A program made the position numbers and the translations under genes. From Mycobacterium leprae TN (lineage in GTDB: Bacteria > Actinomycetota > Actinomycetes > Mycobacteriales > Mycobacteriaceae), in the NCBI RefSeq assembly GCF_000195855.1, contig NC_002677.1:3060001-3092000 (forward strand): a stretch of DNA of 32,000 nt, given 5' to 3'. This document shows positions 1 through 8,400 of the stretch, one piece after another. Each line of letters begins with the position of its first letter. The first letter of the stretch is position 1. Below the pieces are notes generated by a model. The model saw only the letters and a program-made list of their open reading frames with translations. It made no database searches and was not told the DNA's origin.

Positions 1-1
1 G

Positions 2-328
2 TCAATGGCCGGCATTGCGGGCAACCGCGGTCAGACGAACTACGCCACCGCTAAGGCCGGGGTGATTGGTCTCACCCAAGCACTAGCACCGGGACTGGCC
101 GAGAAGGGCATCACGATCAACGCCGTCGCACCGGGATTCATCGAAACTCAAATGACGGCAGCTATCCCGCTGGCCACCCGCGAGGTAGGACGCCGACTGA
201 ACTCGTTGCTGCAGGGTGGCCTGCCCGTAGATGTTGCTGAGACCATTGCCTACTTCGCTATACCGGCGTCCAACGCGGTGACAGGAAACGTTATTCGTGT
301 ATGTGGCCAGGCAATGCTCGGTGCATGA
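2..328 (+). CDS. fabG4: 3-oxoacyl-[ACP] reductase, FabG4-like, C-terminal ~108 aa (5' end lies outside the window)
   Basis: The reading frame is open to the window edge. The translation [24 protein letters not shown]...[14 protein letters not shown] carries the SDR catalytic Y-x3-K (YATAK) and the PG-x-I-x-T segment. htdX follows downstream, as in M. tuberculosis Rv0242c-Rv0241c. Confidence 0.85.
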   Translation, partial: SMAGIAGNRGQTNYATAKAGVIGLTQALAPGLAEKGITINAVAPGFIETQMTAAIPLATREVGRRLNSLLQGGLPVDVAETIAYFAIPASNAVTGNVIRVCGQAMLGA

Positions 329-1428
329 CCTCACCGAATCGTTCCACCCGACGCTAAAACGAAAATCTCTGTGCGAAAACACTTACACCAACATAGTCAG
401 ATCAACCAAATGCTATGATAATTTGGCTGATAATATCGCTTATCATGCATCCTCCTATCGTGGCAGCTGTATAACAAATCATAGTGACCAAAATTTATGG
501 TAGTCAGTGATATTAATGGAGATGCCAACGCTATTGCATTGGCTGATCAAAAGTTGTCAAATTACGCGTGCCACGGTGCAGTCAAACTTTTGAGGCTTCT
601 TACGGCTTTGCAAAGCAGAATATTGCGACATCCAAAGGGTCGTAATAATATCCAAAGAAGTTTGTCGTACCCAATAGAGCAGTGCTGACATCATCGCTAA
701 GACTCACCAAGATTGCGGACAATTCAACGAATACGAGCTCCTCATACCTTTTCCATTGGATGTAATCGTACCAACACCCCGATTCCACCTGCCTGTGCGG
801 AATCCTAGCGTTGGTGGCTACGCGCTTCACCATGTTGCTTGCTAGACGTCTCTTAAAGGATGTAGAGAGAAAAAGAAGAAGACAGCAGGTGTCGTCGTTG
901 CCATGATATCCGGGTCCGGACGGTATAACAGCCGCGAAGAAGAGCTTCGGCGGGATCTTAAGTGCCAGAAAGGAAAAACTTACCACGTGCCAAATTGGAT
1001 ATAGGCTGGGTCGGTGACTGATTGCATGATTTCCTCCGCTGCTGTTTCTCTTCAGGGATCGGAAACCTTAAGTGGTACTTAACTATTTGTGCATCAGTCC
1101 GCTGAGTTGACTAGCACTCTCACTCCAGAAGAACATTGAAACGGCTTGGTGACGGAGTCTCTGATCATGCAAAAGAGTTTCCCTCCAAAATCCTAGAAAT
1201 GCCAAACCAATTCGGTTACCCCGTGAGGATATGTACGCATACCTTACGGATCCGCAAGGACCCTTGGTACACACCCAATGTCAACACCCTGCACAACCTC
1301 GGGTCATATATAATATTGGTGTATGATACTGATGTCATCGAAATTGCCTTCTTGAAGGCTGAACGAACTTGACATTCGGATTCGTCTTACGACGGTTAAG
1401 AAGGCATTTTTCCGTCAAGGAGAACACA
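329..1428. other. AT-rich (~40% GC) non-coding or decayed block separating fabG4 from htdX
   Basis: A hand count of 361-480 gives 47 G+C in 120 nt (39%), against 79/120 (66%) for an aftD sample (6001-6120). Only short, mutually overlapping ORFs occur on both strands and I recognise no family. Confidence 0.6.
600..1027 (-). pseudogene. Possible decayed gene of unknown family inside the AT-rich block
   Basis: A minus-strand ATG at 1027 is preceded by GGAGGA (1032-1037). It gives 15 codons (MQSVTDPAYIQFGTW) and then a stop. After a frameshift the reading continues in the 128-codon ORF 600-986. No conserved motif recognised. Confidence 0.25.
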
Positions 1429-2271
1429 GTGAACCAGCCAAGCGGCTTGAAGAATATTTTGCGCGCGATCGTCGGGGCATTACCACTTCTGCCCCGGACA
1501 GACCAGCTGCCCAGCCGGACGGTGACCATCGAAGAACTACCCATCGACCACACGAACGTGTCGGCCTATGCGTCGGTTACCGGTCTACGGTACGGCAATC
1601 ACGTGCCGCTGACATACCCGTTCGCGTTGACTTTTCCCGCTATGATGTCCCTGGTGACTGGATTCGACTTCCCCTTCGCCGCAATGGGATCAGTACATAC
1701 AGAGAATCACATCACGCAGTACCGGCCGATCGCTGTGACCGACGTCGTCGGTGTGCAAGTGCATGCCGAGAACCTCCGCGAACACAGAAAGGGCCTGCTG
1801 GTAGACTTAGTTACCGACGTCAGCGTCGGTAACGACACCGCGTGGCATCAGGTGACTACCTTCCTACACCTGCAACGCACCAGCTTGTCCGACGAGCCCA
1901 AACCACCGTCCCAGAAACAGCCCAAACTTCTCCCTCCGAGCGCTGTACTGCAGATCACCCCCAGGCAAATCCGCCGCTACGCCGCTGTCGGCGGTGACCA
2001 CAACCCAATCCACACCAACCCGATCGTTGCCAAGTTATTCGGATTCCCTACTACCATTGCGCACGGGATGTTCAGTGCCGCAGCAGTATTGGCTAACATC
2101 GAAGCTCGACTTCCGGATGCTGTGCACTATTCGGCCCGGTTTGTCAAGCCGGTGGTGTTACCCGCCACCACGGGGCTCTATGTCGACGAAAGCGCTGGCA
2201 ACTGGGACCTCACACTGCGCAATATCGCCAAAGGCTACCCGCACCTGGCAGGTACCGTGCAAGGCGTGTAA
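1429..2271 (+). CDS. htdX: 3-hydroxyacyl-thioester dehydratase HtdX (MaoC/double hot-dog family), 280 codons
   Basis: GTG at 1429 sits 5 nt after AAGGAGA (1417-1423), in frame with ORF 1369-2271. It has a MaoC-type hydratase segment (GGDHNPIHTNPIVAKLFGFPTTIAHGM). The length matches my recollection of Rv0241c (280 aa). Confidence 0.85.
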   Translation: MNQPSGLKNILRAIVGALPLLPRTDQLPSRTVTIEELPIDHTNVSAYASVTGLRYGNHVPLTYPFALTFPAMMSLVTGFDFPFAAMGSVHTENHITQYRPIAVTDVVGVQVHAENLREHRKGLLVDLVTDVSVGNDTAWHQVTTFLHLQRTSLSDEPKPPSQKQPKLLPPSAVLQITPRQIRRYAAVGGDHNPIHTNPIVAKLFGFPTTIAHGMFSAAAVLANIEARLPDAVHYSARFVKPVVLPATTGLYVDESAGNWDLTLRNIAKGYPHLAGTVQGV

Positions 2272-2277
2272 AGCACA

Positions 2278-2892
2278 CTAATCGGTCTTCGGCGCTGCAT
2301 CGTCGCGAAATCCCCCTAAGCAGTACTGCAGTCTGTACGCGTAAGCCGCGGTTAGCAGAAAACGAGAAAAAGCCAGAATGTGAGGCCGGGCGAGTTCCCA
2401 GACAAAGAGATGGCCGCCCAGATAGGCGAGCCCGGGGTAACCCGCAAGTACCCCGGCTGTACCAGCCAGCGAAACCGCAAGCATATGCAGGTGCGTCCCG
2501 GAAAGCCAATCAACAACACCAACACTACTCCCGCTGCCACGTTGGTGGCCAGCGTCGGGGTAAGCGTTACGCCGGCCTCACCTCCGCGCAAGAACCATGC
2601 GGTCAGCAGCGACTTCAAAACCAGAAGCACGAACACTGAGAACAGGGTGATCCCGCTGGCCAGACGGACCGTTAAGATACTTCGGCCGTTGCCCAGCAAC
2701 ATAACAGAGGGCACCAATGCAAGCAAAAGCCCACAACCCGCCCCGACGCTGACAAGTGCCGATATTGCAGCCCGGTTAGCATCATTGCGACAGCCGGATG
2801 GTTCGGCCAGGCACGCCAACCATCCGTTTGATCAGCCCAGCAGCCGCATGTGCGGCTAACACGCCAGCCAGCCGGAACAGCGTAAACTGCAC
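2278..2892 (-). pseudogene. Frameshifted polytopic membrane protein remnant (family unknown)
   Basis: About six hydrophobic helix-like segments are spread over three minus-strand frames: VQFTLFRLAGVLAAHAAAGLI; AAISALVSVGAGCGLLLALVPSVMLL; ASGITLFSVFVLLVLKSLLTAWF; NVAAGVVLVLLIGF; LAVSLAGTAGVLAGYPGLAYLGG; ILAFSRFLLTAAYAY. The sensible reading switches frame near 2790 and near 2490. Confidence 0.4.
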
Positions 2893-3245
2893 CTAGCTCG
2901 CACCAATCGCAGCAGGGTAGCAAGATCTCACGATCGTGGCACGACAGCCGCTTCAGCCACCTGGTCACCTGGCGAATTAGCGGGGAGCGCCTTCCCGACC
3001 TAGGAATGCCCTAGAGCCAATCAGGAGCACTTACAGCACTGCGGACGCAATATTCTTCATGACAATCGCGGTTGTCCGGTTACCACGAACGTATCGTGAG
3101 CACCACGGTGGTCGGCACCTCGGAAGCGGGCAGCGTCGCACGACCAACTGCAAAGGCGTCGCCGATCAGCAACCCCAGCGCGAGGCGGACTGGACTGCTG
3201 GCGATGAGGACTTCGGAAGAGACGGAAAGTTCAGCCACGGCACGA

Positions 3246-3267
3246 ATACGCTAGCCATACGCTAGCC
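3246..3267. repeat. Perfect 2 x 11-bp tandem duplication (atacgctagcc) spanning the TetR stop codon
   Basis: 3246-3256 is identical to 3257-3267. The TetR stop (minus-strand TAG, 3262-3264) lies in the second copy and an identical gctag lies in the first. Confidence 0.9.
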
Positions 3268-3888
3268 AGCAACAATGCTAGGGCCGAAATCTCGATCCGC
3301 GGGTGCGCCCTTGAGGCCGTGCCAGAACAGGTTAATCATCAGCTCGGCGGCCTCATCGACAGCGATGTCACCGGTCGTGAGCCGGGTGGCCATTGCCTCA
3401 CCAGCGCCCACCAGCGCCCCGGCCATTATCTCGTATTCATGGTCCGGTCTTGAGCTGCGAGTGCCTACCCGCATCAACCCAGCCACCAATTCGGTGATCT
3501 GATCGCGTGCTTCACGCACCGTCTGAGCGAACGCCGGCAAGCTCATCGCCTGGATGTACATCACGATCCACGACGCCCGATTCGCGTCGATGTAACGTAG
3601 GAACGACACGATTGTGTTGCGTAGCAAGTCCTTCGGACTCTGCGTGAAGTCGATATCAGCACGCACCATAGCGATGAATCGGCTCATCTCGCGGTTTAGG
3701 CAGGCGCCGAAGAGGTCTTCCTTGGAGCCGTAATACAGATACAGCATTGGCTTGGAAATCTGCGCCTCAGCGGCGATGGCGTCCATCGAGGTCTTGTGGT
3801 AACCGTTGACCGAGAACATCTGCACCGCGGCGTCCAACATTTGCTGCTCGCGAACAGCACGCGGTATCCTCTTTGCACCACCTGCCAT
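3262..3888 (-). CDS. TetR-family transcriptional regulator (Rv0238-like), 208 aa
   Basis: Clean ORF with an N-terminal TetR helix-turn-helix (SMDAIAAEAQISKPMLYLYYGSKEDLF). It lies 69 bp downstream of, and co-directional with, lpqI. Confidence 0.9.
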   Translation of the reverse strand: MAGGAKRIPRAVREQQMLDAAVQMFSVNGYHKTSMDAIAAEAQISKPMLYLYYGSKEDLFGACLNREMSRFIAMVRADIDFTQSPKDLLRNTIVSFLRYIDANRASWIVMYIQAMSLPAFAQTVREARDQITELVAGLMRVGTRSSRPDHEYEIMAGALVGAGEAMATRLTTGDIAVDEAAELMINLFWHGLKGAPADRDFGPSIVAG

Positions 3889-3957
3889 CGCATGCCCCTT
3901 TAGCGTGGACGCTCTTACTCCAGAGTAAACACCGACGCAGCTGCCACGCAGACTGTG

Positions 3958-5121
3958 CTAGCGCCCGCACCCCGGGCCGGGACCTTTTATGGTGGCTACC
4001 CGCACGACTGAAGCGTCGACGGCCGACATCGCTAATTCGCCCGCGGATACCACCTTCTCTAGCCGGTCCAAGACTGCAGGCACTGTCTGGGTGCTGACCC
4101 ACAGCGCGATGTCGGTGCCAGCTTGCAAGGTGCGTAGCACAGCGTCAGCCAGCCCGTAGCGGTCAGAAATCGCAGCCATGCTGGACACATCGTCACTAAA
4201 GACCGGACCATTGAAAGGTGGGGCCCCGTAGTTAGCGCCAGTGCGCAGCAACTGCACCGCGGCGGGGCTCAAACTCGCTGGGTCGTCACCGGTCAGCCCG
4301 GGAACGTCCAGATGACCGAGCATCACTCCGACCGGGGCATCGGCCACCAACGTCCGGTAAGGAACCAAGTCGTTGGTTTGCAGGTCTTGCAGCGGCGGCG
4401 TGGTGACACCGCCAGTGTGCGAATCTCCCGAACCATGCCCATGACCGGGAAAATGTTTGAGTACAGGCAGCACGCCAGCGTCACGCAGACCCCGCGCGTA
4501 CGCCCCAGCGTAGGCTGTAACGACGGCCGGGTCCGAGCTAAATGAGCGGCCACCGATAACGCTGTCGTCCGGGGCGTCGGTCACGTCGACGACTGGGGCG
4601 AAATCGATGGTGATCCCCAAATCGCGCATCTTGTGACCACGGTCCAGCGCCATGTCGTAGACCTGGTCAACAGTGCTGGTCTGTGCCAGCACCCGAGCCG
4701 AAGGCGCCATACCTATCAGCGACTTCAACCGCGACACCCGACCACCTTCTTCATCGACGCTGACCGCCAGCGGCAGCGGTCCCGGATTGCGGGCGATGTC
4801 TGTCAGCGCGCCGTTGATCAACATCGACAAGTCTGTCCAGCTGCCGATCATGATGCCGCCGACGTGGTGATCGGTGACAACGGCCTTGGCATCGGCCGCA
4901 TCACGTACGCCTACCATCAGCAGCTGGGCCAGCTTGTCGCGGGTGGACAGGGTCCCCGGCACAGATGCCGGGAGATCGACGCACGCCGGTGTCAGCGCGG
5001 CGGCGGTAAGCTCCCCGGCTACGATCGACGCCGAGTCAGGAGCCTGTGCAACATCGTGGCCACAAGTCACCACCAGGGCCGAGGCGGCAGCAAGCACAAT
5101 CAGAGTGCGCGGAAAAGCCAT
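3958..5121 (-). CDS. lpqI: Lipoprotein LpqI, glycoside hydrolase family 3 (NagZ-like beta-N-acetylglucosaminidase), 387 aa
   Basis: Signal peptide with a lipobox-like LVVTC (Cys20). GH3 motifs KHFPGHGHGSGDSHTG and VSVDEEGGRV. Position next to aftD as for Rv0237. Confidence 0.9.
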   Translation of the reverse strand: MAFPRTLIVLAAASALVVTCGHDVAQAPDSASIVAGELTAAALTPACVDLPASVPGTLSTRDKLAQLLMVGVRDAADAKAVVTDHHVGGIMIGSWTDLSMLINGALTDIARNPGPLPLAVSVDEEGGRVSRLKSLIGMAPSARVLAQTSTVDQVYDMALDRGHKMRDLGITIDFAPVVDVTDAPDDSVIGGRSFSSDPAVVTAYAGAYARGLRDAGVLPVLKHFPGHGHGSGDSHTGGVTTPPLQDLQTNDLVPYRTLVADAPVGVMLGHLDVPGLTGDDPASLSPAAVQLLRTGANYGAPPFNGPVFSDDVSSMAAISDRYGLADAVLRTLQAGTDIALWVSTQTVPAVLDRLEKVVSAGELAMSAVDASVVRVATIKGPGPGCGR

Positions 5122-5267
5122 CAGACCATGGTGTCATGGCCGGTATTCGTACGCGCCCCACCCCACCTGGCACCCGCTGACCGGGGTGGGGTGACGACCG
5201 CGTTCATGCTGATCGGTCCTCTGCTAGGTTATCGCTATCCACGATCGCGCACCCCGAGGAGCCATCG

Positions 5268-5441
5268 ATGAGCCGGATCGTTGCGCCCGCAGCCGCCAGC
5301 GTAGTAGTTGGTCTGTTGCTTGGCGCTGCCACAATCTTCGGGATGACATTGATGGTGCAGCAGGACACAAAGCCACCACTGCCCGGGGGCGATCCGCAGT
5401 CCTCAGTACTCAACCGGGTCGAGTACGGCAACCGTACCTAA
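5268..5441 (+). CDS. Small (57 aa) secreted or membrane-anchored protein, Rv0236A-like; absent from the ORF track because it is under 60 aa
   Basis: ATG at 5268 sits 6 nt after GAGGAG (5256-5261). Translation: MSRIVAPAAASVVVGLLLGAATIFGMTLMVQQDTKPPLPGGDPQSSVLNRVEYGNRT, with one N-terminal hydrophobic helix. Its TAA (5439-5441) ends 10 nt before the aftD ORF start. Same size and position as M. tuberculosis Rv0236A, from memory. Confidence 0.65.
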   Translation: MSRIVAPAAASVVVGLLLGAATIFGMTLMVQQDTKPPLPGGDPQSSVLNRVEYGNRT

Positions 5442-5451
5442 TCCGGCGACG

Positions 5452-8400
5452 ATGCGGTCGGGTACGGCGACCCGGGAAGAAGCCGAGCAATCCAGCTCGG
5501 GCCCGGCGGCAGCGGCCACCGAGGCGGGGCCGGTAAAAACGCTGGCGGACTCGTCTGTGGCGGCAATGTCGCGTTGGTGGTTGGTGTTGGTCGGGGTCGT
5601 CGCGGTGGCGTTGACGTTCGCGCAATCCCCGGGACAGATCTCCCCCGATACCAAACTGGACCTAACCACCAACCCGCTACGCTTTCTGGCCCGCGCGACC
5701 AACCTGTGGAATAGCGACCTGCCGTTTGGTCAGGTGCAGAATCAGGCCTACGGCTATCTGTTTCCGCACGGCACCTTCTTTCTCATCGGACAGCTACTGG
5801 GATCACCCGGATGGATAACCCAGCGTTTGTGGTGGGCGCTGCTGCTGACGGCCGGGTTCTGGGGACTACTCCGAGTCGCCGAGACACTGAGCATCGGCAG
5901 TCCAACTTCACGCGCGATTGGCGCGGTAGCGTTTGCGTTATCGCCACGGGTGCTGACCACACTGGGGTCGATCTCGTCGGAAACTCTGCCGATGATGCTG
6001 TCGCCGTGGGTGTTGCTGCCCACGATTCTAGCTTTGCAGGGAGCTCCGGGCAGGTCGGTGCGGACACGTGCCGCGCAGGCGGGGCTGGCGGTCGCGTTGA
6101 TGGGTGCAGTTAACGCCATTGCAACGCTGGCCGGTTGTCTGCCTGCAGTGATCTGGTGGGCTTGTCACCGACCGAACCGCTTGTGGTGGCGTTATACCGG
6201 GTGGTGGCTGTTAGCACTGTGTTTGGCAACGCTGTGGTGGGTGGTGGCACTGGTTCTGCTGCACGGCGTCAGTCCCCCGTTCTTGGACTTCATCGAATCC
6301 TCCGGCGTTACCACGCAATGGTCGTCGTTAGTTGAGATGCTGCGCGGCACCGACAGCTGGACACCCTTCGTGGCACAGACCGCTACCGCGGGCACACCAC
6401 TGGTCACCGAGTCGGTGGCCATCCTGGGCACCTGCCTGGTAGCGGCGGCCGGATTGGCCGGGCTGGCTAGCACTGGGATGCCGGCTCGAGGTCGGCTGGT
6501 AACGATGTTGGTAATCGGAGTGGTATTGCTATCCGCCGGCTACAGCGGTGGGTTGGGCTCGCCGCTGGCGCAGGCGGTGCAGGCGTTCCTGGACTCCAGC
6601 GGCGCAGCACTGCGCAACGTGCACAAACTGGAGTCGGTGATCCGAACCCCGTTCGCATTGGGCATCGCCGGGCTTCTGGGCCGAATCCCCCTACCGGGCA
6701 GCGCGCCGGTATTGGTGTGGCTGAGCTCGTTTGCCCACCCCGAGCGCGACAAACGAGTCGCCGCGACAGTGGCGGTGTTAACCGCACTGTTGGTCAGCAC
6801 CTCGTCAGCGTGGACGGGTCGGCTCACCCCGCCAGGCACGTTCAGTGCGATACCGCAATATTGGCACGACACCAGTGACTGGCTCAGCGAACACAACACG
6901 GGAATACCGACACCTGGACGGGTGCTGGTGGTACCGGGCGCGCCGTTCGCCACTCAGGTGTGGGGCACCAGCCACGACGAGCCGCTGCAGGTGCTCGGCA
7001 ATAGCCCATGGGGAGTGCGCGACTCCATCCCGCTGACTCCGCCGCAGGCTATCCGGGCGCTGGATTCGGTGCAACGGCTATTCGCCTCCGGACGCCCGTC
7101 GGTTGGCCTGGCCGATACCCTTGCCCGCCAAGGCATTTCCTACGTGGTGCTGCGCAACGATCTGGATCCCGACACGTCGCGCTCAGCTCGCCCGATCCTG
7201 GTACACCGGGCCATCGCCGGGTCACCGCAGCTGGAAAAAGTAGCGCAGTTCGGTGCACCAGTGGGCACCAACATGCTCAAAGGTTTCGTTGCCGACAGCG
7301 AATTGCGTCCCTGGTACCCAGCGGTGGAGATCTATCGGGTGGCCGTTAGTGATGGGACCAATCCCGGCAAACCCTACTTCGCCGACACCGACCAACTTCC
7401 CCGCATCGACGGCGGACCCGAAGTGCTGCTGCGTCTTGACGAACGGCGCCGACTACTGGGACAGCCTGCATTAGGTCCGGCGCTGATGACCGCAGACGCC
7501 CAGTTCGCTGGTCTGCCACTACCCAGCCGGGCCGAGGTCACCATAACCGATACCCCGGTAGCACGCGAGACCGACTACGGCCGAGTAGACCAGCACTCGT
7601 CGGCGATCCGCGCAGTTAACGACGCCCGGCATACTTTCAACCGAGTACCCGACTACCCAGTCCCTGGCGCCGAAATGGTATTCGGGGGTTGGAGCGGTGG
7701 CCGGATCACCGCGTCAAGCTCGTCATCGGATGCCACCTCGATGCCCGATGTCGCTCCGGCAACCTCACCGGCCGCCGCCATAGACGGCGACCCGGCGACC
7801 TCGTGGGTGTCCAACGCACTGCAGCCCGCCGTCGGTCAATGGCTGCAAGTCGATTTTGACCACCCGGTAAACAACGCCGTCATCACCGTCACGCCCAGCG
7901 CGACTGCTGTCGGAGCACAAGTTCGGCGCATCGAGATCGAGACCGTCAACGGCACTACCAATTTGCGGGTCGATGAGGCCGGCAAGCCACTAGCAGTGGC
8001 GTTACCCTACGGTGAAACCCCATGGGTGAGGATCACCGCGGCTGCCACCGACGATGGGTCCTCCGGGGTGCAGTTCGGCATCACCGACCTAACGATTACC
8101 CAGTATGACGCGTCCGGATTCGCCCACCCGGTCAATCTACGGCACACCGCGCTGGTTCCCGGATCACCGCCAGGTTGGGCAGTTGCGGGGTGGGACCTGG
8201 GATCGGAATTACTCGGCAGACCGGGCTGCGCTCCGGCGCCCGACAACGTTCGCTGCGCGGCATCGATGACGCTAGCACCAGAAGAACCCGTCAATTTTAG
8301 CCGGACATTAACCGTTCCCTACCCGATATCGGTTACAGCAATGCTGTGGGTGCGACCACGACAGGGCCCTAAGCTGGCGGACCTGATCGCCGAGCCGAAG

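Noticed and set aside
605-616. Short perfect palindromes and stem-loops, for example gctttgcaaagc (605-616), gcagtactgc (2320-2329), gaacatgttc (11263-11272) and 6-bp stems at 14124-14138 and 18783-18797
   Set aside because: With 5-6 bp half-sites these are expected several times by chance in 32 kb. None is followed by a convincing U-tract, so none was called as a terminator or grouped with P1-P6.
2352-2819. ORF 2352-2819(-) (155 aa) as an intact membrane-protein gene
   Set aside because: Only its central part reads as hydrophobic helices. Both ends become Arg/Pro/Trp-rich nonsense, while the helical pattern continues in the other two minus-strand frames. It is therefore called a frameshifted pseudogene instead.
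3090-3252. Possible PIN/VapC-like remnant on the minus strand (…LLIGDAFAVGRA…), at the place where M. tuberculosis has vapBC24
   Set aside because: The only evidence is a very short, weak resemblance in an open frame of about 56 codons with no clear acidic PIN residues. That is not enough to report.
4633-5271. ORF 4633-5271(+) (212 aa), plus smaller + strand ORFs inside lpqI
   Set aside because: This is an Arg/Gln/His-rich antisense artefact of the lpqI coding strand. It has no motif and no ribosome-binding site.
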